From positions 6,820,001 through 6,884,000 of the forward strand of contig CM059453.1 of NCBI GenBank assembly GCA_030390025.1: 64,000 bases of DNA, read 5' to 3'. Below the pieces are notes generated by a model, which had not been told where the DNA came from, did no database searches, and was given only the letters and a program-made list of their open reading frames with translations. The stretch's first letter is position 1, and every line of letters starts with the position of its first letter. The position numbers and the translations under genes are program-made. The stretch comes from Squalus acanthias (lineage: Eukaryota). This document shows, one piece after another, positions 1-13,337 of this stretch.

Positions 1-850
1 TCAAAATGGGACTATTTAGAGTATGATGCCTCTCCATATATTTCTCCCAAAGTGCATTTGTGCTTCACACTTATCCGCAGTAAATTGCATCTGCCATGTG
101 CCTGCCCATTTTAACAGTCTGTAGATGTACTCCCGAAGTCTGCTACAATCATGCTCACTATTTAATACGTTGCCAAGTTTTGTATCACCCGCAAACTTCG
201 AACGTTACTCCCAATACGCAAGTCCAGGTCATTTATATAGAAAAAGAATAGCAATGATCCTAATATCGACCTCCTGGGGGATCCCACATCATACTTCGCT
301 CCTGTCAGAAAAGCAGCCGTTCACCACGACTCTCTGCCTCCTATCCCTTAGCCAATTTCCTAATCACGTTGCCACCATCCCTTAAATACACTGTTCTTCT
401 ATATTCCGAATAGTCTGTTATGAGTTACTTCATCCAATGCCTTTTGAACGTCCACATATACAACATCTACTGTACTACCTTCATCAACCCTCTCTATTAC
501 TTCATCAAAGAACTCAATCGGGATAGTCAGTCACGATTTGCCTTTAACAAAGCCCTGCTGGCTTCCCTAATAAACCCATGCGTCTCCAAGTGAGAATTAA
601 TCTCGTCCTTCACAGTGGACTTATTTAGCTTTCCCACCATTGACGTTAGACTGATTAAGCTGTAGTTCCCAGGATCATCCGTCTCCACTTTTTTGAACAG
701 CGGTGTAACAGTTGAAATCCTCTAGTCTTCTGGTACCACTGCAATATCCATGAAGGATTGAGAGATTGTGGTCAGAGCTTCTTCTATATCCATCCTAGCT
801 TCTTCAGCAACCTCGGATGCATCCCATCTGGACCAGTTGACTTGTTATGT
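1..850 (-). mobile_element. CR1-clade LINE (HER1-like) RT fragment, decayed
   Basis: Minus strand gives degenerate CR1 ORF2 remnants (WRxANVTPLFK, NLIEFFD, DxxKAFD-like). Positions 1-~500 are a direct-orientation paralogue of 39821-40318. Confidence 0.8.
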
Positions 851-1059
851 TTTGACCTGAACAGATATTCAGCACTGCCATTCTTACACACTTACAGAAA
901 CTGGCTGTAATGTTCAGTTAGAAAGAGAAACACTAAATGTTGTTTTCAGATGTACAGACTGGCGGGTCAAAATTCAATCCTTCGTGGATTCTGGACAAAA
1001 ATGTCAAGGTTTGTACTTCTGAAGGGGAATAAGTGGACAAGATTTAAGGATAAGAGGGA

Positions 1060-1310
1060 TATCTCAGCAATGCAATAGTGACCAGATGATCTGTTTTCGG
1101 TGCTGGTTTATGCAATATATGAACCAGGACACGGGTATTTGAAATAATATATTGGGATACTTTACATCCACCTGTGAGGGAAGACGGGTCATCGGTTTAA
1201 CGTCTCTTCCATCAGATGTCATCTCCAGCATTGTAGCATTGCATCAGTACTGCAATGAAGTGTCAGGCTACAGCTTGTGATTTAGTCTCTGAATTGGGGC
1301 TTGAAACCCT
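1060..1310 (-). mobile_element. Decayed DeuSINE (SacSINE1-like) fragment
   Basis: Reverse complement resembles the Deu-domain core (cagtactga...gagacgttaaaccga...caggtggatgtaaa) of the fuller copies at 59300 and 63511. Confidence 0.6.
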
Positions 1311-1974
1311 AACCGGGTCTTGCTTTCTTCTGATATCTTTGCACTTTCCGCTGTTGTTAATGGGAACAAACGAGGATAGTTAACCTTTTCCTCTCCCTGA
1401 AGACCATCTGCAGCGCTCCTATCACGACGTTAAATGAGGTCAAATTAATTATAAGCAAGAGTTAAATTCACCCCTGTGCCTCATAGTGTAAATTAAGCGT
1501 TTCACGTGACACTGAGCCATTAGTCTAAGAGTATCCTAGATTCTATCCCAAATGCAGATATGGAACGTAAACTTGGACCCAGTTTTCTATGTTTTGTCAG
1601 ACCTAATGTTGAGTTGAAGCACTTGTGTTCAATAGAGTGGTGACTGAACTATAAGAAACAGGCCAGCAATGAATAATTCATGTGATATAGTGGGTGATAA
1701 TTAGGTTCAGGAACACATATATCAACCGATTGATTCCGTAACCGTTAAGTAATAACTGAAAATAGGCTCCTTCCCCTGCACCATAGAGTCATAACGGCAC
1801 AGAAGGAGGTCATTCGGCCCATCGAGTCCGTGTCCGTCACCAGAGAACAATGGAAAAAACAATAATTTTATTCAAGATATTATCTGAGACGTTGGGCTGA
1901 ATCGCCTTGACTTTCACTCCATATTTTATTATTTTGAAAGCCACTGTAACGCGAATTTCTTTCTCTCCTTACAG

Positions 1975-2279
1975 ATAAGTCCTGGATATCAGTCTCTGGG
2001 GAACTGATTGCTGGACAACCAGCACATTTGACCTGCTCAGTCACCACCAGTTGCCCGTCTGCCAAACCTGAACTGATGTGGATTCAGGACGAGGATAAAC
2101 GTCCTTCACTGCAAGAGAGTAAAACTTCAAGACACAGTGGAAACATTTCGATGGTTCCTGGACGGTTTCATCAAGTTTCACCTTCACCCCATCACTGGAC
2201 CATAAAGGGAAAAGGATGGGATATAAGCTTGCGGTTGATGGTGTCGTGGGTGCCGTTCAAGAAAAACTTAGACTGGACT
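1975..2279 (+). pseudogene. Gene C C2-set exon 1 (frameshifted)
   Basis: ag|AT acceptor and gtaagt donor. Reads DKSWISVSGELIAGQPAHLTCSVTTSCPSAKPELMW, then a frameshift, then DGSWTVSSSFTFTPSLDHKGKRMGY; the second Cys is now Tyr. Confidence 0.85.
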
Positions 2280-3087
2280 GTAAGTAACTGCTGTACCCTT
2301 CATTCTACCATCCTGTTGGTAAATAGGATCCAAACTTATCTTTATTCTCAGTGGAGTGATAGCTGGCCTGGAAAATTGAAAATTTCAAAACTGCGATGGA
2401 TAGTTTTTTTTTAGGTAAGTGTATTAAGGGTTACAATAAAGCAAAGGCGGGTAGACGGAGTTAAGATATGGATTAACCATGATCTGATTGATCAGTGGAA
2501 CAGACTCGAAGTGCTGAATGGCCTATGTTTCTATAATCAATGAACCAAATTGACAATCTGAGATTTATTGTAATTTATATTTTTTAACATTGATACAGAC
2601 CCGTGGAGTAATATTGGTCGCTCCGTGGTTGTCATTTACGTCAAATATTATTCCAAAGGCTCCTAATTCCTGATATAGTTGCAGACAGAGAGTACCTGAA
2701 ACAGCGGGTCTGTGTCGAGTTGGCTGGAGCGCTGGTCGGGTTACTGGAATTTGACTGAACAGCTCTGTTTAACGGATGTGAGAGCCCTCTGTTCTTGCTC
2801 TCGGAGGAATGGCCGCTTGATTGACTTATCGGTGGAGCAGAACCACGTCCAGGCAGTCACTACAACTCTTTGAAGAGAAGAGGAGGAAAGGTTAAGATAA
2901 AGCATGGTTGAGATTTAAATAAGCTTGTCGGTGGAATATCAACAATCTCAAGCTGGCTTTTCAATTTACAGTTGACAATATAACCACCATATCTGCTTTA
3001 ATATTCTTCGTTGGTTGTCAACCGGATTGTTATTTAAACCTCTGCTCCGACATTTTCCTATAACACCAATGATCTTGCGTGTTTCAG

Positions 3088-3334
3088 ATGCACAGTGGAA
3101 ACCAAGCCTCAATTCCTCTATAGTAAAAGTGGAAGGAAGTTCATTATTATTATACTGAACGGCCCTGGGGAACCCGACGATCAGTTTAACATTGCTCCGA
3201 GAAGGGACACAGATCATCAGGTGAACCAAAGCAGATATTTCACAGCATTAGTTCTGATGATGAGGGGGAGTATTGTTGCGTGGCTGAAGATACCCTGGGA
3301 ATCGCAAACAATATCCATCAGATTTCTGTACAAT
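3088..3334 (+). pseudogene. Gene C C2-set exon 2 (stop codon plus deletion)
   Basis: PSLNSSIVKVEGSSLLLY then TGA at 3156-3158 replacing Cys, ...DEGEYCCVAED...ISVQ|gtaagt. 247 nt versus 258 nt in gene A. Confidence 0.85.
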
Positions 3335-3649
3335 GTAAGTGTTATGTGAACTTATTTAATTAATAAAGGGACATTAATGGTCGGTCTCAAATGTTGTTTG
3401 GTACCGCTCTTCTGAACGTTCGCGGCACTATCTAAATCGGTCGGCTAAGTGATGAGGAGGGGACAATACTCTTGGCGCGCCGGTACTCGGGCCAGCGGAA
3501 CTCCTAGGTTTCCTTTTCGAGGCAGAAGGAGCTGAATAGGACAATTAGAATGGTGGAGGTGATGGAATAAAGCGGGTTATTCTGGAATATTAAGCGCAGT
3601 CTCACCCGGTTCAGTAGCTCCACATCTAACGCACTACTTTCTGTTACAG

Positions 3650-3817
3650 AGACAAGACAAATATAGAAACACTGGTGTGAGAGGGGCTCCATCAAACCAG
3701 TCAGCTCAAAGTGAAGAGGTCCTGTATGCAGCTGTCAGTGTTTCAAACGTTCGACAGCAGGAGCGATATCTCCAGCACGAGGATTCCAGTGAATAAGCCG
3801 CAATTAAAAGCAAATGA
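3650..3817 (+). pseudogene. Gene C terminal cytoplasmic exon (ITIM VLYAAV; distal Tyr codon replaced by TAA)
   Basis: gttacag|RQDKYRNTGVRGAPSNQSAQSEEVLYAAVSVSNVRQQERYLQHEDSSE*AAIKSK*. 168 nt, the same length as the gene A tail exon. Confidence 0.85.
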
Positions 3818-4139
3818 AAATCAGCGGCATTCACCCTATTCTGACAGATGGAACTGGTCAATATCTTCACACAATTGTTTTTTATGATATCGAACAGAAA
3901 CTCACACTCCAGGAAGTGCTGTGATAATGGAGATCACTCAGAGAGTAATAGCTAATATTTTAACATCTCTTTGTGAGACAATTTGATTTACAATCCCAAA
4001 GATTGTCCACTCCAAACATACTTCCGAAACGGTGCAGGAAGGGGGCGTGAATGTTCAATGTAATTTTAAACTTTTTTATCTGCTTTAATAATAAAATAAC
4101 TATTTCCCAGTTCGAACTTTTATTTCATTTCGGAACAAA

Positions 4140-4640
4140 AAGAACAGAAAGACTTGCATTTCTATAGCGCCATTTAGGACGTCACAAAGTGATTTACAGC
4201 CAATGAAGTACTTTTGAAGTGTGGTCAATATTGTAATTTAGGAAACGTGGCAGCGAATTTGCGCACAGCAAGCTCCCAAAAACAGCAATTTGATAATGAC
4301 CAGATCATCTGTTTTTGTCATGTTGATTTATGGATAAATATTGTTGCATGACACCAGGTTTAATTCCCCTGCTTTTCGTCGAAATAGTGGCAATGGGAAT
4401 TTCTTACGTCCATCTGTGAGGGCAGACGGGGCCTTGCTTTAACGTCTCATCCGAAAGTCGGCACCTCTTTCAGTGCAGCACTTCCTCAGTACTGCCACGC
4501 CGACAGTGCAGCGCTCCCTCAGAACTGCCCCTCCCACAGTGCAGCGCTCCCTCAGTACTGCCCCTCCGACAGTGCAGCGCTCCCTCAGTACTGCACTGGA
4601 GTGTCCGCCTAGATTATTGTGATCAAGTTTCTGGAGGGGT
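4140..4640 (-). mobile_element. DeuSINE (SacSINE1-like) with about 3-4 copies of an internal 33-bp unit
   Basis: Deu-domain core plus 3' tail (aagtacttcattggctgtaaa...ggcgctatagaaatgcaagtctttct); mirror of 59300-60395. Confidence 0.85.
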
Positions 4641-5139
4641 CCCCTCCCTATTATGTTGTTAAATAGCCCTGCCGGATACCGTTGACTCTCTCTGTCGATT
4701 GTGGGGTTATATTTGCACACTCTCCCAGCCCAGTGTAATAAACCTTCACCTTCCTGTCAAATTCCATCAGTTTCCTTCACTACAGCAGCTAAACTTTCTA
4801 TTTATTTTGATTCCATCGGTATTCTTCTGAAAGGTTGGAATTATAAAGAGGCGTGTCTGCGATCAACTTCAGCTTCATGATTAGAATATTTTTCGACACG
4901 CTACCTAGACATACGATGGCAAAGAATGTATTTCATTCTCATCCATGACCGCACTGAGTTTGATTCGACTGAGTGGCATTCACCAGCTACAAGCAAGTGC
5001 AGAGATTCCAGCTTTTTTATGTGCAGATTTGTAAAACCAGCATTCACATTCTCAAACTGCCATGTTTGGATTTGAACTCTTTTTCTCTGGATTACTCTCA
5101 GTGCATTCCCTAACGGTTTGTACAGTAAGAAACAAACTT

Positions 5140-5695
5140 TAATTCAGCTCCCCATTCCCACTCTGACCTCTCTGTCCTCCGCCTTCTACATTGTTCCAAT
5201 GATGCTCAATGGAAGCTCGCGGAACAGTATCTCATCTTTCGATTAGGCAGTTTACAGCCTTCCGGACTCAACATTGTGTTCCACAATTTGATTTCATAAC
5301 CTCTGCTCAGCATTTTTTTCGGACGGAAGCTGATGCTCGTGATTCTGCTATTCCCATTTACACCTCCTCTAAATCCATCTTTTGTTTATTTACTTGCTCC
5401 ATTACCACCTCCTTTCGCCTCGCACCATCATGCTTTTTGTCATAAAATCTCGCCTGCCTTCCACCCTTTCACAGGCCTTCCCTTTTGTTCTATCCTCCCC
5501 TCCCCCTTTCCCTGCATCTACACTTGCTTAAAACCTGTTACATCTCAAAAGTTTTCCAGTTCTGACGAAAGCTCAGCGAACTGAAACGTTAACACTGTTG
5601 CTCTCTCCACGGATGCTGCATGAGCTGCTGAGTATTTCCATCATTTTTTGTTTTAATTTCAGATTTCCAGCCTCCGCAGTAATTTGCTTTTGTAT
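5140..5695 (+). mobile_element. Penelope-like element 3' remnant
   Basis: Degenerate GIY-YIG C-terminus (HCSNDAQWKLAEQYLIFRLG) followed by tctgacgaa...tgaaacgttaac...gctgctgagtatttcca; mirrored at 58235-58790. Confidence 0.65.
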
Positions 5696-6689
5696 TTATT
5701 TTACAATAATATATTTGCCGTCAAATTGTAACAGATTCCAATGTCCCAGTCACATTTAAAAAGCAGGTTGATTGCGATAAAATAACTCTGTGTTCAAACG
5801 GCAAGCAGATAATATGCATGAAGTGAAGCAAAGTGTCACCTTGGAAAATCGCCACCCTTTACTATAATTCAACCTAATACACACAGGATGAATTGCTAAT
5901 GTGAACAGGCATTCCAACAGGAACTTTACAAGCTTCACTACGTTTTCCAGTTAAGATTCCACTCAGCTGACTGAAGCTTCCTGAGCTTTCTCTGCAAAGT
6001 GTTTGAAATGGCCTTTGAAGCTGTTCCTTCCATCGTCAGGATGTGCGCAAAGCGAACAGATCACAGCACACGCCATCTAACGGACAAAGGAAGCAAGTGC
6101 ATCGCATCAAGCAGAGCACATCCTCCAGCCACATCTGCTTCGGTCAACGCACCTGTAAATACTTAAACAGTCTATGTTGGGGAGGGTGAGGTAAACTAGC
6201 AGTTTGTCTGCGCAAGATGCCGGATTTCTGCCCCTGTTGGACTCAGATATGTCTGATGATACAGTGACAAGTCGCCTTTGTAATTCTGTCGGCCTACCGC
6301 TGTGTGGCGCTGTTGGCTTGCGAAGCCTACATTCACACAGAGCATGGAACAAGCAAGAGCACGGGCAGCGGGAGGAATCAGAGCAATTACATAAAACTGC
6401 AATTTATATTGCGATTGTAGATTGTCCAACAGTCTGAAAACCCAAGGACCAATTGAGCAAATAGTCTGTCCACAGTCTAGCTCAACTGGGCTAGGCACTT
6501 AAAGGTCAGTCAGGGTTCCCGCTCCTGTTAAAAATGCCGCCGACACTCGCTTTGAGTCTTGTAAGCTAAGATCTGATTATTTGAGAACTACCGGCGGGAA
6601 TAACATTTCAACAAGAAACAAGATGTTCAGAAGGGGGCATAATTGGAAAATTGGCCGTGGGAAAAATGCAGGGACATTTTTAAAATAAC

Positions 6690-7170
6690 TCTCAGCGTGG
6701 GGCGTCGCTGGCACAGCCGGCATTTATTGCCCATCCCGAGTTTCCCTTGAGAAGGGGGTGCTGAGACGCCTTCTTGAACAGGTGCAAGATTTATGTTTAT
6801 TCATTCACCGGATGTGGGCGTCGCTGTCAAGTCCAGAATTTATTGCCTATCCCTAATTGTCCTTAACTGTGTAGCTTGCTCGGCCATTTCAGAGGGCAGT
6901 TAAGAGTTAACCAGATTGCTGTGGTTCGGGAGTCACATGTAGGCCAGACCGTGTAAGAACGGCAGATTTCCTTCCCTAAAGGGCATTAGTGAACCAATAG
7001 GTTTTTTCCGAAAATCTGGCAGTGTCATGGTCAGCATTACTGATACTAGCTTTCTATTCCAGATTTATTTAATTAACTGAATTGAAATTCCCCCAGCTGC
7101 CGCGGCGGATTTGAACTCATGTCTCCGGATCATTAGTCCAGGCCTCTGGTTTACTACTCCAGTAACACAA
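6690..7170 (-). mobile_element. Shark-type SINE with duplicated LINE-like 3' tail
   Basis: Tail gggcaataaatgc...ccagcgacgcccac present twice; same family as 34010-34410; mirrored at 56760-57240. Confidence 0.7.
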
Positions 7171-7699
7171 CAACTGTGTGGACCTGCAAATTGCCCAACA
7201 ATGTTTACGAATCACCCTTAGAGTGAAAGCGCTTTAATAATCCGGTTGGCTCTCCTGTTTAATAGTCTGTTAATACATTGCATAATATGGTTAGAATCAG
7301 CTCAGAGTGATTCAATAATAGGCAATAGTCAACGCTTGAATCTTATTGTGTTCACAGGCCGCCGCATGGGTCTGCACTGCACCGATTGGTCCAAAACTTC
7401 CATCAGTGTACAGCGTGTTTAACATGTCTAATCCGATGAGAAGGCTGTGAAGTCTCCGTCAGAGTTCCCTTACATTGTATCTATCGGTTGGACACTCGGA
7501 AATGTAGCATCTTTGAGACCGGAGTGCACGGTTTCCCGTTCCTCCCCGTTCCTTCGTTCGCGGACGCTTCCTCCTTATGTAATAAATCAGCTTTAGGTTA
7601 CCCGGGTGACAGTAAAGTTGCATCGCAAAATTGCTCTCAATGGCTTTAACCGATGCAGTTGAGCAATGCGGTTCCGAATGTAACCAAGTCGCTCATAGA

Positions 7700-8074
7700 A
7701 ACCTAGAATGAAACATAGAGAAATAGGAGCGGAAGTAGGCGATTCGGCCCTTCGAGCCTGCTCCGCCAATTAATATGATCATGGCTGATCCTTTATCTCA
7801 ATACCATATTCCCGCTCTCCCCCCATACCCCTTGTCCTCTTTTGCGTCTGGAAATATATCTATCTCCTTCTTCAATATATTCAGTTACTTGGCCTCGACA
7901 GCCTTCTGTGGTAGAGAATTCCACATGTTTATTACACTCTGAGTGAAGAAATTTCCCCTCATCTCAGTCCTAAATTTCCTCTCCGTATCCTGAGACTGTG
8001 ACACCTCGGTCTAGAGCCCCCAGCCAGGGAAACCTCCTCCCTGCATCCAGTCTATCTAGCGCTGTCAGAATTTT
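7700..8074 (-). mobile_element. CR1 3' fragment, present only in the left arm
   Basis: CR1 3' UTR and hairpin (aggcgattcggcccttcgagcctgctcc). The right arm has the empty site near 55515-55525. Confidence 0.8.
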
Positions 8075-8479
8075 ATCTTGGCTGAGGGAACCCAAATGGA
8101 CTCGGAGCCCTGGGTTAGAGAGGGGCTTTTCTTCCATAGTATTTATCGCTGTTCAGTGAATCCTGCTGCAAGTAGCCTTTTCGATATCCAGTGAGGACAG
8201 GAGCAGACTCCGAGGTATTGGGCAGCGGGAGAAACATCATGGTGAAGCAATGCATCTGCAAAAGAGCAGCTTAAGCGAGAGATTGGAGAAATCGAACTCC
8301 AGCAAGCGTTCAAGTTGGAAGTGGAGAATATTGGGGCACATACTGCAAGCAAGAACAACGAGCGTTTGCAATGTCTTTATTGTAAAATCTTGTCGTATCT
8401 CTTCGTTGTTATAATTGGTTCATTTAGAGAATGAAACTTTGAGATTCAGAGAAGCGTCCTCTCTAAGTTCTGGTCCTTT

Positions 8480-8641
8480 TCAGGTAAATGTAATAGCTGC
8501 ATATTCGCTCGTCTCTTTGCTATGTACATATCCGTGCCCTTGAGGAATAGTTGAACAGTTCAGAGTGGCGAAAGTAAGTTTATCCTTCTGCTCAGTTGAG
8601 TTGGATATCAATTCCCAGCCGTCACTGTCTGGATGATCCCG
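8480..8641 (-). pseudogene. Extra terminal cytoplasmic exon, left copy (ITIM Tyr to Phe; acceptor AG to AA)
   Basis: RDHPDSDGWELISNSTEQKDKLTFATLNCSTIPQGHGYVHSKETSEYAAITFT*, homologous to the other tail exons. An upstream donor remnant (aag|gtaaga) lies at ~8953. Confidence 0.75.
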
Positions 8642-8679
8642 TTGCAACAGAAAGAACAGGTGCAGCATATAAAAGAGGA

Positions 8680-8858
8680 AACGTGGTACTGATACAGAAT
8701 TAACACGTGGTACAGGTAGACAAAGAACAGTGGTACAGATACACAAAGAACACGTGGTACAGGTACACCAAGGACACGTGGTACAGATACAGAAATAACA
8801 CGGGGTACAGGTAGACAAAGAACACGTGGTACAGATGCACAAAGAACACGTGGTACAA
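8680..8858. repeat. 24-bp minisatellite (~7 units), most units containing CACGTG
   Basis: Unit approx acacgtggtacagatacacaaaga; mirrored and longer at 54587-54910. Confidence 0.9.
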
Positions 8859-9659
8859 CGATAACAAAAACGTTTTCTGCTTTGATTTAAACAGAATCAG
8901 TGTTGGGAAACAAAACATACGGGGATAGAGAGACTCACTCTGGTCTCTCTTACCTTTGCATTCTGTGTGTTTGCGATATGTACATATAGTTATTATTGCG
9001 AGTTCGGATGAATGTGCAGTATCTGGCTACGACCAGTAGGTGGCGCGGTGGGTCCACGTATTTAATCACGTGACACACTGTCAGTACACGGGATATCGAA
9101 TGCTATTTACAACTAACTGACTGTTCTTGTCAGTTCCCAATGTATCCTTCCGTTTCAGAACACGTTGGAGTAGGATTTTTCTTGGACGGAAGCGCAAAAC
9201 CGAACGGCCGCCTCTCATACGCCCCACTTACTATTTAATTCCCTGCGATGCGATAAAGCCAGTTTTATGCTACCGCCTGCGATTAATTTCTACTCTGTCT
9301 AGCGCACGGTTATAGGACTTTCAATTGTTCTCTTGGATCCAGTGGACGTTGTTAACTCAAGCGCACTGGCTGCCAGTGGGGTCCGTACTCACAATTGTTC
9401 CTGATCCTGGATTTTCCCAGCCAAGATTCGGGCCCGGTGACCAGGTGGGAAAGGGTCACTCGACAGTGATCAGGAATTGGATCACTGGCTGTTTCATTCC
9501 ATTCAACGTCGATGTCATTCATAGTGCGGCGGCTGCCTACCTGACACAGACCTGCAATTGAAGCATGGTAGCAGTTTATACCTGGCGCAGACTTCACCCT
9601 CAGACCGCATGTGTTAGCTCTGATATAAACCAGCGATGCAATTAGGATATAATTAACCC

Positions 9660-11250
9660 GAACCCCTCGATTACATTCCAATCTGTAACTCACTCCCTGA
9701 GTATCCGTTATTCTATATATTAATCCCCCGACTCACCGATAAGATTCCAGCCTGTAACTCACTCCCGGGTATCTGTTATTCTACATATAAAACCCACGAA
9801 GAGCTCGATTAGATTCCTGCCTGTAACTCACTCCCAGGTATCTGTTATTCTATATATAAATCCCCTAACCCCTCGATTAGATTCCAGCCTGTAATTTACT
9901 CCCGGGTATCTGTTATTCTATATATAAACCCGCGAACCCCTCGATTAGACTACAGCCTGTAACTCACTCCCAGGTATCTGTTATTCTTTATATAAAACCC
10001 GAAACCCTCGATTAGATTCCGGCCAGTAACTCACTCCCGGGTATCTGTTATTCTATATATAAACCCCCCGAACTCCTCGATTAGAGACCAGCCTGTAACT
10101 CACTCCCGGGTATCTGTTATTCTATATATTATGCCCCCGAACCTCTAGATTAGATTCCAGCATGTAACTCACTCCCGGGATGCTGTTATTCTATATATAA
10201 ACCCGCCGAACTACTCGATTAGATTCCAGCCTGTAACTCACTCCCGGGTATCTGTTATTCTGAAAATCAACACCTCGAACCCCACGATTAGATTCCAGCA
10301 TGTAACTCACTCCCGGGATTCTGTTATTCGATATATAAACCCCCCGAAGTCCTCGATTGGATTCCAGCCTGTAGCTCACTCCCGAATATCTGTTCTTCTA
10401 TATATAAACCCCCTGAACCCCTCGATTAGATTCCCGCCTGTAACTCACTCAGCGAGTATCCTTTATTCTATATATAAACCCCCTGAACCCCTCGATTAGA
10501 TTCCAGCCTGTAACTCGCTCCCGGGTATCTGTTATTCTATATATCAACCCCCCGAAACCCTCGATTAGATTCCAGCCTGTAACTCACACCCGGGTATCTG
10601 TTATTTTATATATAAAACCACGGAACCCCTCGATTAGGCTCCAGTGTGTAATTCACTCTTGGGTATCTGTTATCTTATATATAAACCCCCCGAACCCCTC
10701 GATTAGATTCCAGCCTGTAACTCACTCCCGTGTATATATTGCTAATTTATAAACCTCCCTAACCTCTCGACTAGATTCCAGCCTGTAACGCACTACCGGG
10801 TATCTGTTATTCTGTATATAACCCTCCCCCGAACACCTCGATTAGATTCCAGCCTGTAACTCACTCCCAATATCTGTTATTCTATATATAAACCCCGACT
10901 CCTCGATTAGAATCCAGCCTGTAACTAACCCCCGGGTTTCTGTTATTCTATATATAAACTACCCGAACTCCTCGATTAGATTCCAGTCTGTAACTCATTC
11001 CCCACTGTCGGTTATTCACTATATGAACCCTCCCCCGAACCCATGATTGGATTCCAGCCTGTCAGCCACTTCCGGCTATCCGTTATTCTTTCTACAAACC
11101 ACACTGAAATCCCTCGATTATATTTCGGCCTGTAATTCACTTCCTGTTATCTGTTATTCTATATATAACACCCCGTAACACTCCATTAGATTCCAGCTTG
11201 TAACTCACTCCCAGGTATCTGTTATTCTACACATAAAACACCCAAAACAA
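9660..11250. repeat. ~69-bp minisatellite (~23 units)
   Basis: Unit cccctcgattagattccagcctgtaactcactcccgggtatctgttattctatatataaaccccccgaa, head-to-tail with no spacers. Confidence 0.95.
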
Positions 11251-11849
11251 TATATCAGAATCCAATCGCGAAGTCATTGTTCGATATGTGATAATGTACA
11301 CATAAGCCATTCGAATCTCTTCGTTAGATTTCAGCATATGACCTATATTTAGTTGTGCTTTTCCCTATTTATAAACAGTGCAAACTGCTAGATTGGATCC
11401 ATTAGCCAATACTTTTGGCTGGTAAGCGGTCTGTCTTCAAATCTTTTCGATTTCACTGGGAATACAAATTGGAGATAATCTTCAGGAACCATTGCTGATG
11501 CCAATGTACACATCACACGGTGCATCTCTTGTCTCAGTTACGTTGACAACAATCGCAGTTCAACAGCTCTCCTGCAGAAGTTTGACGTTTAAATATTTTC
11601 ACGCCTTTGTAGCCACGCTCTGAATTACTGTCAGTTTAACGATGAATTAAAGATGACCCATTTTGATATTTGTCCCATTCCCTATTCATGGCATTGCTCA
11701 AACTCTCCATTTCAAACTCTTATAGCTATCAGCATAAAGAGATCCCATCGCATTTTGTGATTTAGTTTTCAATTGGTGAAGGTAGGCGATGTAAAAAATG
11801 GTTATCTCACTTTGCACTCTCGGTGTCCTTTAGCCACAATATTGTATAT

Positions 11850-12570
11850 TGGACCGGATTTTGTAGTTGGTGTCGCGGGGTTTGTTACGCTGCAATTCCT
11901 CCTTTGAAATCCACCGCAAGTTCGGGATTTCTGCATGCGCTTTCTGGATCTTGCGGTCTGTCAGCGTACGTGTTGACAGGCCAGCCGCGCGGACCAATAG
12001 AAAGCAATTGATAGCCACAAATTGCATACGGAAATTTTACGATTGATGCGAACAAGCGAAGTGTATGATTGCATCTGCGTATGGGGATTTTTCAGGCATG
12101 ATTGAAACATTTTAACATCGTAAATTCTCCACGTACACTGTATAAAATGAGTTTCCGCAAATATTGGCCCAGATTAGAGTTTTAAATATGTTGAAAATTA
12201 TGATGAAAACATTTTATATTTAGTGTGGTTGGTGGAATTAAGCTAATTACGGTCTAAATTCCAATTCTGTAAATTGAAATTAGATTAGATTTCGGGATTC
12301 TGTTACATCTCATTACCGGATTCCCCTCGGAAATGATTAAAATCGAATTCTGCTTTGTGATTGGACGACCAGGCCCACGTGACCCCGGGTACACTTCCGC
12401 ACCGCCTGCGTCCCTGGGATCTTAAAGCCCTTTCACTGCCCTCCGCCTCGCATCGTCAGACAGCAACTTTTCGCAACCTCACCGCCATCAGGTATGTGCC
12501 TAATTCTTTCACCGGTCGGAGGCGTATTCTGGAGGTACACCACCAACACAATTTTTTCCCTATTAGACCC
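11850..12570. mobile_element. Degenerate non-autonomous TIR element (same style as 14832-15592)
   Basis: GC-rich ends, AT-rich centre and the family's attgg...ggcccacgtgaccccgg motif; termini degraded. Confidence 0.45.
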
Positions 12571-13145
12571 AGTCTTTTCCTGAATTAAGATTATTAATAA
12601 TAATCGACAATATTCGCATTAGTTTATTGCTGGCTCTGCATTTCCAACATGCAGCAGTCCAGGGATTCATGAAAAGTCAAAATGAAAATCGATGAGCTCA
12701 ACGTTTCATTCAAGGGACACAGACGGAATTATTCTCTTTAGTTCAGCGAGTTTTGTTTACATTATAAGAAATGGAAAATGTGCAGCCTTTAAAATATATT
12801 GTTTGACCATGTACAAGTAAAGGAGTGATTTTAAATGGCGCAGTGTGATGGTTGTGCATGAATAATTTACTAGCCTCAGATTAATATTGTGTGATAATAA
12901 CAAACGAATGTTAAACACATACACAACTACAAATGGCAATCTGAGAATCGCTGCAAGGGAGAAACTAGTGTTGAGATGTCACTGTGTCAGAATACCGTTG
13001 GAATTCTAAACAGCACATTGAAAATACATCGTTGTAGATTATTCACATGAGCTCGGCCGTTGTAATTTGAATGTCCATTAATATTAAACAAATTAATACG
13101 TAATCCAAAGCTCCACTTTTGTGCCGGCGTGTAATTGATGATATA

Positions 13146-13337
13146 NNNNNNNNNNNNNNNNNNNNNNNNNNNNNNNNNNNNNNNNNNNNNNNNNNNNNNN
13201 NNNNNNNNNNNNNNNNNNNNNNNNNNNNNNNNNNNNNNNNNNNNNNNNNNNNNNNNNNNNNNNNNNNNNNNNNNNNNNNNNNNNNNNNNNNNNNNNNNNN
13301 NNNNNNNNNNNNNNNNNNNNNNNNNNNNNNNNNNNNN
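13146..13337. other. Assembly gap (192 N)
   Basis: Run of N. Confidence 1.

Larger units (their letters stand above)
1975..3817 (+). pseudogene. Siglec/MAG-like gene C: internally deleted relic (C2-1, C2-2 and terminal tail exon)
   Basis: Three exons homologous to exons 3, 4 and 8 of genes A/B, each with canonical splice sites and each disabled. Confidence 0.85.

Noticed and set aside
9660-11250. CRISPR-like array
   Set aside because: Units are head-to-tail with no unique spacers, there are no cas genes, and the context is vertebrate; it is a minisatellite.
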